A stretch of 64,000 nt of DNA from IMG/VR virus record IMGVR_UViG_3300010397_000002, positions 13,301 to 77,300 of that record, one strand, 5' to 3'. The notes beneath the pieces were generated by a model, which was not told the origin of the DNA, made no database searches, and saw only the letters and a program-made list of their open reading frames with translations. Of this stretch, positions 39,636 to 49,367 are shown piece by piece. Position numbers and translations under genes: made by a program. Source of the DNA: a virus. Numbering within the stretch: position 1 is the first letter of the stretch; each line of letters begins with the position of its first letter.

Positions 39636-40210
39636 AAGACATCATCAAACAAGAACTCCAACAAGCCAGCGATGTGCTGAATAAATTCATGGCCGATGAA
39701 GTGAATATTCAAACCATTTGGAATGCCGCTGATGTTATGCGTCATGCTATCAAGTATGGAAAAAAAGTTATTTCATGTGGTAACGGAGGTTCTATGGCTG
39801 ATGCTATGCATTTCGCAAGTGAACTAACTGGCAGGTATCGACATACAAGACGACCATTTAAAGCAATGGCAATTAGCGATCCTTGCTACATTAGCTGCGT
39901 TGCAAATGACTTTGGGTATGAAAATATATTCCACAGATGGATTATGGCATTTGGCGAGCCAGGTGATGTTTTACTCGCCATTAGCACAAGTGGTCAATCA
40001 GAGAATATAATTAAGGCTATTCATGCTGCTCACGATAAGGATATGCATATAGTTTTCCTCACTGGTAAAGAAGGAGGATCAGTTAGGCCAATATTAGATA
40101 TTAATGATATTGAGATAAATGTAGACCATATTGGATATGCTGATCGCATCCAAGAATGTCATATCAAAATCATCCACATTTTAGTTCATTTAATCGAGCA
40201 AGGAATATGA
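39632..40210 (+). CDS. gmhA: Phosphoheptose (sedoheptulose-7-P) isomerase
   Basis: CGNGGS.ADAMHFA.EL.GRY, NDFGYE, GDVLLAISTSG.S.N, DRIQE.HIKIIH. Confidence 0.95.
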   Translation: MKDIIKQELQQASDVLNKFMADEVNIQTIWNAADVMRHAIKYGKKVISCGNGGSMADAMHFASELTGRYRHTRRPFKAMAISDPCYISCVANDFGYENIFHRWIMAFGEPGDVLLAISTSGQSENIIKAIHAAHDKDMHIVFLTGKEGGSVRPILDINDIEINVDHIGYADRIQECHIKIIHILVHLIEQGI

Positions 40211-41036
40211 CAAACCATGACTTTAAACTCTTATCGAAACAGAACCAAATCCATCTCACCGTATTTGATGCAACTTATTTATGCTCCAGAGAAGTGAATG
40301 GATGTAGCGTATGCCTTTATTATTACGAAGGATTGTTCATCGAGGTATATCACATTAATTCAGAGCACGTAGATGTGATGCTTAACTCTTTTACAGGAAG
40401 CGTTCCTCTTGATTATTATTTGGATAGTATTGATTTGGAATTTTTAATGGATTAAATCCTTATGAGGCACGAAGATTACAAATTAATTCCGTTTAATGAT
40501 ATATCGGACGATGCGCGTAAAATTGCCGTGGATTGGTTTGAATATAAGCCAATGGGTTTTGATCTACACAATAGGCATAAACTTGCAAGTGATATTATGA
40601 ACTACTCAAATGTTCAGCTTGCAGAATATAAGACGAAACTTAAAAAAGCAATATCTAATTCAATTGATGGGACACTAGAAGCAAACACATTTTATCTACA
40701 CAAAGATTTTATTGAAACAATTATTGATGCCTTATGAAAAAACGATTCCATGACGGTGAAGAGGTTGTGTGCGTTGACAGAAATATGTTTCCGAACTCAA
40801 TTACTGGTATGTATGCGCCAGACTTATCGTATAAAGGAAAGTATATTATAGATCAATATGATAACTTCCGTGATGGTCATTGGTGGCTAAAAATAATAGG
40901 TATTCAAGATGGCGCTGTGTATTCAGAAAATAGTTTTTGTAAACTTACTGAAGCTACCGAACGATTTGAATCGCATATAAGAGAAGACTTATTTGTGCAA
41001 CACATGAAAACTTTACGCTATGAAAAGACAAGATAG
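40207..41036 (+). CDS. Three small hypothetical ORFs (about 40207-40455, 40462-40737, 40734-41036)
   Basis: Coupled ORFs at the end of the plus-strand arm. Confidence 0.55.
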
Positions 41037-41128
41037 ATACTACGCAAAGAAAATGTTACAAAGACATGCTGGATGTAGAACAACTATGATTATTTTATTC
41101 GTATTAATAATGATGGCTATCGTTTCTT

Positions 41129-42049
41129 TTATTTGCAGTGTTGTTTAGCCCATTGCCACCAAATAAGATTAGCCGTTTCAGTTACGGAAGCACGTATTAT
41201 ATTTTCATTTAAATTTCCTGTTCTGATTAAGAAGTCACAAGCAAGCTGTTCATCAGATGATTTAAAAGGATCAACCTCTCTTTCACTTGCCCATTGTTGA
41301 ATGAACTTAGGTAGCTTCTCTTGGATTGGTTCTACATCTGCTGGTGAGAATCCAAATTTCCAGCAATCAAAGCCATCAACACAATCATGTATTCTTTTGT
41401 CGGCTTCACCGAATAGGAATATGTCTTCTTGGATGTGTTTAATTTTTACGAGGTGTTTGTGTTTGTCGCGGACGAAGCCGGTATGATAAATACGGATATC
41501 ATTTAAAAAATCAGGCGAAGCTGATGGCATAAGTCCTAAGCTTTCAGCATCTCCTACACACCTGTATTTAGTTTTAGCAAGACGAATGACGTGTGTGCTT
41601 ACTGGTTTCCTTTCATTTGATACGTTAAGCACAGTATAGGAACTCGCCCAGCAATTCAATCTATGGCAAAAGAATGACTCCTCATCAGTTTCAATTGCTT
41701 GTCGTATGGCATTGGCGCAAGACTCATGAACGCACTCGTCTGATTGAACGTATAGGTTATAATCGGATGTTAAATTATCGATAGCTTTATTCGAGAAGTA
41801 AGAAAGCTTTTCTCTCCCTTGTTGTGAGGCCCATTCTTCTTCACTTATTGGATAAAGAAATATAGGCTTTAATGGAGATGGTAATGATCTTATCCAATTA
41901 TAAACTTCTTCGTTAGTTCCATCCGTACCCCCATAAGCAATGGATATCTGATCACATAGTTCGTAAATACAATTGAATGTTTCTATAAAGCTATAGTCTT
42001 GAGATATCCCATTATAAACGAAGCTGCTTCCACCTAAAGTTATGGCCAT
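41129..42049 (-). CDS. GT2-like glycosyltransferase
   Basis: FVYNG...DY.F.E, GTDGT, YVQSDE, IYHTGFVR; resembles Bacteroidetes LPS-cluster GT2. Confidence 0.75.
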   Translation of the reverse strand: MAITLGGSSFVYNGISQDYSFIETFNCIYELCDQISIAYGGTDGTNEEVYNWIRSLPSPLKPIFLYPISEEEWASQQGREKLSYFSNKAIDNLTSDYNLYVQSDECVHESCANAIRQAIETDEESFFCHRLNCWASSYTVLNVSNERKPVSTHVIRLAKTKYRCVGDAESLGLMPSASPDFLNDIRIYHTGFVRDKHKHLVKIKHIQEDIFLFGEADKRIHDCVDGFDCWKFGFSPADVEPIQEKLPKFIQQWASEREVDPFKSSDEQLACDFLIRTGNLNENIIRASVTETANLIWWQWAKQHCK

Positions 42050-42051
42050 AA

Positions 42052-42558
42052 TTACAATTGATTTATATTAGCAAATTCCCCATGATGCATAAGAGCCAAT
42101 TCATTATATTTTTTGGCAACATCTATAGCTGTTTCAAAATATCCTGCATGAATATGGATACGATTAACCTTAATTTGACATTGAAATTTTCTCTTATCAG
42201 GTCTCCATGAAACGCCTTTATATCCACTTTTATTCCATTTTTTCTTAGGCATATTATACATATTTTGAGAACCGTTTACGATTCTTAAATTCTGCCTAGT
42301 ATTATTTAATCCATTCATGTCTTTATGATCGATAGATTGAGAGGGGAATCCCATTATTAATCTATGCATTCTAAATTTTTTAGTATTTTTTCTACCACCA
42401 ATCTGAGTGGAGGCATATTTAATTGTTACTTCACCGCTATATCTTGATTTATAACAACTTAAAGTCCAAGTATACCCAGAAACCAATTCGTAATCTTCAT
42501 CATCAACCATCACCTCATGCCTCCCATACTTAGGAGAATTAATTACAATCACTTTCAT
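42052..42558 (-). CDS. HNH-AP2 homing endonuclease
   Basis: MHRLIM..IDHKD.NGLNN...NLR; SGYKGVSW...YN..A...HGEFA. Confidence 0.92.
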   Translation of the reverse strand: MKVIVINSPKYGRHEVMVDDEDYELVSGYTWTLSCYKSRYSGEVTIKYASTQIGGRKNTKKFRMHRLIMGFPSQSIDHKDMNGLNNTRQNLRIVNGSQNMYNMPKKKWNKSGYKGVSWRPDKRKFQCQIKVNRIHIHAGYFETAIDVAKKYNELALMHHGEFANINQL

Positions 42559-43163
42559 GCCGCAGTATTTTTATAAAGGGCTATATTGCCCATAGTCTTC
42601 ACCTCTTCAAGCTGCGGATGCTTAGCAATGGCCGGTAATACACCGGGCCCAAACTGACTAAGAATATCATCAAAAGCGAACCACTTAATTTTCAGATCAA
42701 GCGCAAGTTTAATGTCGGCCATGACGTGGTGTTCGAGATGGCCCCCATCGATAAACGCGAGGTCATACTTACGATAACACACATCTGGAAATACCTGAGC
42801 GCTGTCTTTTATAACAACATGAATCCGAGTATTGAATTGTTCGAACAATAATTCAGCGGCCCGCATCGTTTCTGCCTTATCACTTATATCAACAGATACA
42901 AGTGTAGCATCAGTCAAATTAAGCCAAATAGATGCCGAGTACCCGAGGTTAAAACCAATTTCTAGAATTGACTTAGGTTTCACAATATCGACAATCTCCC
43001 GAAAGCATCTCACAGAGTGAGGTCCAACACCCCAAGGTATTCTTTCACCTTTAGCATCAAATCCAGTTCCACTAAATCCTTCTACACCAGGTAATCCAGC
43101 GGTGCATTTATGGAAGAAGGCAATATCCTCATTAGAGGCGTACATTAATTCTTGTTCGGTCAT
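42555..43163 (-). CDS. Class I SAM methyltransferase (Methyltransf_24-like)
   Basis: ILEIGFNLGYS, DLAFIDGGH, FDD. Confidence 0.85.
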   Translation of the reverse strand: MTEQELMYASNEDIAFFHKCTAGLPGVEGFSGTGFDAKGERIPWGVGPHSVRCFREIVDIVKPKSILEIGFNLGYSASIWLNLTDATLVSVDISDKAETMRAAELLFEQFNTRIHVVIKDSAQVFPDVCYRKYDLAFIDGGHLEHHVMADIKLALDLKIKWFAFDDILSQFGPGVLPAIAKHPQLEEVKTMGNIALYKNTAA

Positions 43164-43344
43164 TTTGAAAGTCTTATTAAGTTTTTTCTTAGTATTTGTA
43201 ATGTGGCAACATGGCCATCTCTTTGAATAAAATGTTCTGGAATAGGATTTTTACGCCACTTTCTATCAAATAAATACAGAGCACCTTTCTGAAAGGCAAT
43301 GCGCTTTTTCGTTTCCGCTATTTTTCTTTTGATGTAATTACAAG

Positions 43345-43893
43345 TCATAATTTTCTTAGTATAACGAAGAAACTATAGCAATTAGGACGTAAATCCATTC
43401 CCGAATCAATTAATTCAAAAATCTTCGGCAAGTGATTTCCTTTGAAGTCTTTCCCTTCTCCGCAGAAGGCGCGTTTAATCCAAAACATGAATGGTTCATA
43501 TTTCATATCTACCATGTGTTCAGGATTCTCTTTATTGTCGTAGTGGTCTCCGTCTGGAAGATAGAGTATCATGTGTCCTCCTGGCTTCAACATCATTTCC
43601 CACATCTTAATAGTACCATGTTGATCAGGCATATGCTCCAAAAAATGACTAGAGTATATGGTGTCAAATACATTTATAAAATGATTATCTTTTCTATGCA
43701 TTCTAACCTTCTCCCAAATATCTTCATGTTCACACACAACATCAACACCGGGTAGTAATCTGCCATCAACCCCTGTGGCCTCTGGAGTAATCTTGTGATC
43801 ACCAGACCCAATATCTAAAATGTCTCCAGTAATATACTGCATCACTTGCGGTAGGTCTAGAACCTTATCTGTCTCCGATCTATAATCCCTCAT
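43345..43893 (-). CDS. Class I SAM methyltransferase (type 11-like)
   Basis: LDIGSG, FD.IYSSHFLEH, LKPGG..ILYLPD. Confidence 0.85.
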   Translation of the reverse strand: MRDYRSETDKVLDLPQVMQYITGDILDIGSGDHKITPEATGVDGRLLPGVDVVCEHEDIWEKVRMHRKDNHFINVFDTIYSSHFLEHMPDQHGTIKMWEMMLKPGGHMILYLPDGDHYDNKENPEHMVDMKYEPFMFWIKRAFCGEGKDFKGNHLPKIFELIDSGMDLRPNCYSFFVILRKL

Positions 43894-44201
43894 TTTTCAT
43901 TTTCTTTACGTAATTCTATTCCCCTCTTAATTAAGAGTTCGCCTATTTGAATAGCTTGTACAGAGGTAAATCCTATCCAATGGACTTGTTTACCAAAATC
44001 AATAACTACAGTTCCGTTTGTCTTAGTAATACCTATTGCAATTTCGCCCTCATCATTAGCGTTTAGTTTGCCATTAGGAAAACTTCCTGTTGGTCCTAAT
44101 ACGTCAGATATAGTTCCCTCTTTTTGTTTTATGAATTGTTTCATAAAATCAGAATCAAAAGGTTCTTGCTTGTAAAATGGTTGGTCTCCGTGATGTGCCA
44201 T
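43890..44201 (-). CDS. Conserved phage hypothetical protein
   Basis: LG.TG.FP.GKLN..DEG...DFGK.V.W. Confidence 0.7.
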   Translation of the reverse strand: MAHHGDQPFYKQEPFDSDFMKQFIKQKEGTISDVLGPTGSFPNGKLNANDEGEIAIGITKTNGTVVIDFGKQVHWIGFTSVQAIQIGELLIKRGIELRKENEK

Positions 44202-44206
44202 AACTT

Positions 44207-45598
44207 TTATTTTTTCCTGTTATATAAAATTACTTCTAATTTATTAATTACTGATTCAGTTGTATGCGTAATACAAGGAGGAGTTGCTTCCTGAACTTCA
44301 CATCCAACACCCTCAACACTGATCACGGAGTGATAGCACCCATCTTTTTTGATCGGGCATTCATTCTGGATGACATGGATGTTGCTTAGATCAGCATACC
44401 GTAGCTTAGCATCAACGCTGCCGAAGAAAATGATTGACTCTACGTTAAGACCAACTGATATTTGCGCCACGCCGCTATCAATACCGATGAAATAATCTGC
44501 ACCATTCAATAAATATAGCATTGAACTTTTATTATGTGCAACCCATCTCAGCCCTACTTTCTTTGATCCATTACCAACGCACAAAATATCATAACCATAA
44601 GCTTTAAACAAATTAGCCACCTCGTACCAATCCACCCCATGCACATTCCTATGATCCATCGCTGTGTCATCAATATGAAACACCACGTATTTCTCAAATA
44701 TTTTCGGCGCGGGGAAATTAAGCTTTGGATTTTTCAGTACACCATCAGTGATCCCGCACACTTCGTAATAAGACTTCAATACCAATTGCTTTGGATTAAC
44801 CTCATAGGCCATGTCCAGGTTAATGGTCTTAGCCTTAATGCCAGGATATTGCTGTACATGAAAGACAGGATAATGATGATGATCAAATAGACTGAAGAAC
44901 TCCGGCATCACGTCGATAATAACTCGATATCCATGATCGTTGAACCATGACATCACAGGCTCCATCATAATAATGTCACCCATGGCCGCTGTACGCTTCA
45001 GGATGATTGGTTCTTTGTAAGGAGGATGGAATTTACCGTGAAAGCCGAACGTGGGCTGCATGGGCTCATGGCATTCATAGGCGAATTGATGTGCAAGTTC
45101 CTCGGGAGCGAATTTTAATCCATCAAGCTCAAGAAGATTGCGATATAATCTACAAATTATTTCATCTTCAGGATGGTATGCCTCTGGTTCAGAAAGGACG
45201 TCGGACTGCATTAATCTTTTAGATCTCAAAGAGAACCCACCATTCCCAACATTCCTCCCATCCTTATAAAACCAAGGAGCGCCAATATAATCGTACTCTA
45301 AAAATTCATCCGTCCACACAGATCCATCGAGTACGTATCCATCGTTTTGAATTATAAGAACGTGAGATGTTATGATATATCTCCACAATTCCTTAACAAT
45401 AAATTTGGAATACTCCTCTTTAGAATTTATTCTTGGAATAACAATTGTTTCGAAGTTATCTGCTTTTAAAGGCTGATCGGTGAAGAAAATTACGCTATGC
45501 GGTGTTATTTGCTCAAGCGTTCGTGTGATTGCCATTATAGCTTCACCGTAGTTTACACAGTCGACGATGATGATGGTTACATTTGGAAGGTGCTTCAT
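44207..45598 (-). CDS. DUF5672 / GT9 heptosyltransferase-like fusion
   Basis: N-half: IQNDG..W..EFLEYDYIGAPW..VGNGGFSLRS. C-half: R.AAMGDI.M..P and ADYFIGIDSG (GT9). Confidence 0.82.
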   Translation of the reverse strand: MKHLPNVTIIIVDCVNYGEAIMAITRTLEQITPHSVIFFTDQPLKADNFETIVIPRINSKEEYSKFIVKELWRYIITSHVLIIQNDGYVLDGSVWTDEFLEYDYIGAPWFYKDGRNVGNGGFSLRSKRLMQSDVLSEPEAYHPEDEIICRLYRNLLELDGLKFAPEELAHQFAYECHEPMQPTFGFHGKFHPPYKEPIILKRTAAMGDIIMMEPVMSWFNDHGYRVIIDVMPEFFSLFDHHHYPVFHVQQYPGIKAKTINLDMAYEVNPKQLVLKSYYEVCGITDGVLKNPKLNFPAPKIFEKYVVFHIDDTAMDHRNVHGVDWYEVANLFKAYGYDILCVGNGSKKVGLRWVAHNKSSMLYLLNGADYFIGIDSGVAQISVGLNVESIIFFGSVDAKLRYADLSNIHVIQNECPIKKDGCYHSVISVEGVGCEVQEATPPCITHTTESVINKLEVILYNRKK

Positions 45599-45815
45599 TT
45601 ATAAAGGATAGCTCGTGGAATATTATTTATATTAGAATATTTGACTTTTCTTCTTACAATTTTCCCCTCGATCATATCATCCTCCAAAATTTTCATATTC
45701 CCGCATTTACATATAAAAATTGTGTGTAATAAGAGATATGGACCATGATGATCTTGTGGAGATTTATTTGTTAATTTCCTGAAATGAATGCCTAATTTAC
45801 AAAGAATGCTCATTT

Positions 45816-46121
45816 TTAATTATTCAAATGAGGGTAATAAAATCTTAATCTTTGATATTCGTCCATTTGATCTCCATCAAGTTTACTTAATTCTGGATAC
45901 ACATTTCCAGATATATATAATGAATAGCACACGTACAAAAACATCTCTAACTCTTCTTCCTTGATCATGACTTGACCTTCATCTAAAGTATAAGACTCAG
46001 AAACGCTTGTTAGATACCATTTTAAATCCTTACGATTTTGCACTCTAACCGATGTTGAAATAGTTATTTGTTGTCCCTCTTTATTAATCTTAAGTTTTGG
46101 GTATATGTAATTTTTATACAT
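45816..46121 (-). CDS. Hypothetical protein
   Basis: 101-aa ORF. Confidence 0.55.
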   Translation of the reverse strand: MYKNYIYPKLKINKEGQQITISTSVRVQNRKDLKWYLTSVSESYTLDEGQVMIKEEELEMFLYVCYSLYISGNVYPELSKLDGDQMDEYQRLRFYYPHLNN

Positions 46122-46126
46122 GTTTT

Positions 46127-46510
46127 TTATTTTAATAGTTCTGGATTTTGATGGATGTTACCGATTACCTCTTTATTATTTACGTGAATCCATCCATTAG
46201 ATATACTTCCACATTCACGATCCGTTTTTAAATCAAATATCATAAATCTAGCTTCTGAATCAACCCATTTAACTATATGCCTACATGGTGATCCGTCTGA
46301 ATAAAGTGACTGTATAATATCTGAATCATAAATTTCTACTCGGTTTTTATCTTTAAGTCCGGTATACTGCATAAAAATAATATTGTCTTGCCAAGTGCGT
46401 TCAATAAGATGACTTCCATCATTAGGCTGTATGAATGTAGATATTTCTTGAAGGGTAAAAGTCTTATTCATCCCAGTGATGCCAAACGTTCTAAATTTTA
46501 ATTCCCTCAT
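46127..46510 (-). CDS. YopX family protein
   Basis: MRELKFR, MQYTGLKDKN..EIY..DI, EVIGNIHQNPELL. Confidence 0.92.
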   Translation of the reverse strand: MRELKFRTFGITGMNKTFTLQEISTFIQPNDGSHLIERTWQDNIIFMQYTGLKDKNRVEIYDSDIIQSLYSDGSPCRHIVKWVDSEARFMIFDLKTDRECGSISNGWIHVNNKEVIGNIHQNPELLK

Positions 46511-46941
46511 TTCACTTCCCCAAAACAGTCCGCAAATCTCATGATCAAATACTTTACCTCATCAATAGTGAAGTCAGTACCGGCGTAGCTGCCGTAAGCA
46601 ATCTTCTGTCCTATATGCAAAGGCAATGCCTTTTCTTTACCTGGGCCGAAAGCAACTACAGTTCCAATCTTTGGCTTCTCTTTATTAATCAGTTCTTCAG
46701 GCTTGTACAAGCCACCCTTTGTCATGGTCTCAACAGGATCAGGATAAACAAGAATGCGATCCTCGTAGGGAGCGAACTTCTCCGTCATGAAGTCTACAGC
46801 GTTTTTCTTTTCTGTACTTTCCTGATGCCTTTTTGATAAGAACTCAGTTTTGTCCTGCATTTCTTTCTGCGACATCTGCTTCACCGCTTCTCTTTCTTCG
46901 TCAGTGAGTTTTGTGCCGGGCATTAAATACGTTTTTTGCAT
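46507..46941 (-). CDS. groES: Co-chaperonin GroES
   Basis: P..DRILV, TKGGLY.P, G.VVA.GPG, Y.GT...ID...YLIM. Confidence 0.88.
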   Translation of the reverse strand: MQKTYLMPGTKLTDEEREAVKQMSQKEMQDKTEFLSKRHQESTEKKNAVDFMTEKFAPYEDRILVYPDPVETMTKGGLYKPEELINKEKPKIGTVVAFGPGKEKALPLHIGQKIAYGSYAGTDFTIDEVKYLIMRFADCFGEVK

Positions 46942-46944
46942 AGG

Positions 46945-47313
46945 TTATTTTTGATTGATTGTTAATTCTTCTCCAGTTAATGCGTAAAAAAGATTCTGTA
47001 ATTGATGCACATAATAAATTCGTTCTGCTATCAGGGCTTTTAATACATAATTGAACATTGTATAGCTACCGCTTAAGTCACGCCATTGAAGATTCATTCT
47101 TGCGTCTCCATTTGGATATTTTTCATAAGATTTACATTCCTCATTCCATATCCAGCCAAACTTTATCAACCATTCTTCATTTAATGGAATGGGTTTTGGT
47201 TTTAAATAATCTGCAACCTGTTCAATAATTTCAAAATCTACAGCACTAACTTGAAAAATATCACCTGATAGATATTGAATATAATTTCCGAGCATTAATT
47301 CTGAGGCTTTCAT
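46945..47313 (-). CDS. Conserved Bacteroidetes-phage protein
   Basis: ELMLGNY, PIPL.EEWL.KFG, VHQLQNLFYALTGEEL. Confidence 0.75.
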   Translation of the reverse strand: MKASELMLGNYIQYLSGDIFQVSAVDFEIIEQVADYLKPKPIPLNEEWLIKFGWIWNEECKSYEKYPNGDARMNLQWRDLSGSYTMFNYVLKALIAERIYYVHQLQNLFYALTGEELTINQK

Positions 47314-48170
47314 TCTCCCATCAATTTATTAACCCAATACTCAAACAACTCCGTCACTCGAAAATAATAACCACCATCCCCACAAGGATGCACATTTGGA
47401 GCAAAGTCACAAACCTCTAATAATCTAGGTACTTTCATTGCCTCGGCAATCGCGAAGCACATGGATTGGTTGCCTATGAAAAGCTTACAGGAGTTGATGG
47501 CAACGGCCAGTTCATAAAAATCTTTTACTTCAAGTAGTGGTAATTCGAGGTTCCAGTCATGTTTGAAAGTCTCGTATTCCTCTTTAGTACCGGTAAATAT
47601 TAATTTCTCTTCGTATTTTTTGAGATGGAAATAATCGATCCAGTGGCATTGGTAACGTGAGGTACGGTTGATGAGAATTTTACCTCTAAGTTTTATTATT
47701 AATGGATTCTCGGGATAATAATCAGGATCAAGACTTGTAATATCTTTCCTTTCCAATTCAATCCAATGCTTCCAATACTCCGGCCTCATCTCAGCAAACA
47801 CCATTGGCAACCAAGTGACAATATTCCCATAAGGCATGTGAGACTTGACCTGGCGAAGCATATCCAAATCCACCATCACCTTCTCCCCTTTCCACTCATT
47901 AAAAGACTCTACATAAGGCTGCGCTTCGATCAGCGGCTTCAGCATATCAAAGGCGTACCGATTCATCATGCTATTACCATAAGGATGGTTAGCGCCATCG
48001 TACAGGCGCCCTTGCTGGTCCAGCCATTGGTAGATTACAGCCTTTTGGCCGTAGGTATCGCAGTAACTTTTAATGCCCGCAAGCGCATAAATAAGGTCTC
48101 CGGCAAAGCACCCGTGCTTAAATAGTAATTTATTCTCCAAATTTGTATCTTTAAACCTGTTAATTAACAA
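47310..48170 (-). CDS. GT9-like glycosyltransferase
   Basis: FKH...GDLIY.L and FIGNQS..FAIAEAMK.PR.LE GT-B motifs. Confidence 0.7.
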   Translation of the reverse strand: MLINRFKDTNLENKLLFKHGCFAGDLIYALAGIKSYCDTYGQKAVIYQWLDQQGRLYDGANHPYGNSMMNRYAFDMLKPLIEAQPYVESFNEWKGEKVMVDLDMLRQVKSHMPYGNIVTWLPMVFAEMRPEYWKHWIELERKDITSLDPDYYPENPLIIKLRGKILINRTSRYQCHWIDYFHLKKYEEKLIFTGTKEEYETFKHDWNLELPLLEVKDFYELAVAINSCKLFIGNQSMCFAIAEAMKVPRLLEVCDFAPNVHPCGDGGYYFRVTELFEYWVNKLMGE

Positions 48171-48186
48171 TTAAACTAATTATACC

Positions 48187-48426
48187 ATGGCTACCAACAT
48201 TTTAATCGACGTGTACGAATTCAGCACCGGTATGGAGTTGAACCAAAAATACACTCAACCATTTGTGGCTGCTGAGATTACGTATCAACCAGCCAGTATT
48301 TACAATTTCAAGAACGTTTATTTTACCGGCGTTCGGTCTAAAATCACGTCCAAATTTGGCGGCATTCTGAAAGACTACTATGTAGCTCAGACTCCAGCAC
48401 AGATCAAAACGCTCTTAGACGCCTAA
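48187..48426 (+). CDS. Small hypothetical (possible virion) protein
   Basis: 79 aa followed by an AAAGCCC...GGGCTTT terminator. Confidence 0.65.
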   Translation: MATNILIDVYEFSTGMELNQKYTQPFVAAEITYQPASIYNFKNVYFTGVRSKITSKFGGILKDYYVAQTPAQIKTLLDA

Positions 48427-48499
48427 TTTAAAGCCCTTCGATTTACTTCGTTGGGCTTTGCTTTGCCTAAATATTTATCAAATATAACATTTTTTTTAA

Positions 48500-48524
48500 A
48501 TAGTCATATTTATCACTATTTTTG
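48500..48524 (+). promoter_or_regulatory. Operator variant overlapping -7 box
   Basis: ATAGTCATATTTATCACTAT plus TATTTTTG. Confidence 0.6.
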
Positions 48525-48528
48525 TTTT

Positions 48529-49323
48529 ATGATTTCCATCCTCCAAGACTATTTCACCGTATCCATCGAATCCCGTTACAACGAGACTAAATCCAAATCA
48601 GGCATTATCCTGGTAAATACTGCATGGATTGACGATACGGAGATGGACCGCAATGAACATAAAAGAATTTATGGTACTGTGCTGGCCGTACCTGAGGTGT
48701 TCTCTGATACTCCCTACCGTGCTATTGATGATGGAATGCCAGCGTATCACAAGTATGTAGGACATGACGATATTGTAGATAAGATCAACCGAGGATACAC
48801 AAACCACAACGACAAATCTTACTACCCGAGCACATTTGAGCGATACACCGTGGTGACCATGGAGGATATTGCCAAGAACATTGATATTAAAGTTGGCGAT
48901 AAGATTTATTTCTTACCTCAGTGTACAGAAGATGAGCACATGATGGAGAAGAAAAAAGGAGAGGAGATTTACCGGATTAATGTCAGTGAGATAATTTGTG
49001 TGGTTAGAACTATGATTCTTACTGATCGCACAAATAGCATTGAGGTTGGTTTTGAGAGAAGAATCATCATGCAAGGCGAATGGGTACTCATCAAACCAAA
49101 CACCGAATCATGGTCAGAGATCACCACCAAATCAGGCATTATTATGAAGCCACTACCAACGGCTAAATGGCTTGAGGGAATTGTGGCGCACAGCAGGCAT
49201 AAGCATTTAAAAGTTGGCGCTAAAATAGTTTATCTGCCTAATGCTGACTGTCCAGTGAAGATTGAGGATGAAGATTATTATGTGATGCCTGCGCAGGATA
49301 TAATTGGGGAATTAAAGTCATGA
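48529..49323 (+). CDS. Tandem GroES-like domain protein
   Basis: Two repeats of T.SGII...G.V....IKVGD.I.F; probable start MISILQ at 48529. Confidence 0.7.
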   Translation: MISILQDYFTVSIESRYNETKSKSGIILVNTAWIDDTEMDRNEHKRIYGTVLAVPEVFSDTPYRAIDDGMPAYHKYVGHDDIVDKINRGYTNHNDKSYYPSTFERYTVVTMEDIAKNIDIKVGDKIYFLPQCTEDEHMMEKKKGEEIYRINVSEIICVVRTMILTDRTNSIEVGFERRIIMQGEWVLIKPNTESWSEITTKSGIIMKPLPTAKWLEGIVAHSRHKHLKVGAKIVYLPNADCPVKIEDEDYYVMPAQDIIGELKS

Positions 49324-49367
49324 GCGCGAGTCCATCCAATAAAAAAGCTTAACAAACAATAAAATAT

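Noticed and set aside
11330-42558. HNH genes as intron-encoded
   Set aside because: They are free-standing and coupled to intact neighbours; no split host gene or intron core seen.
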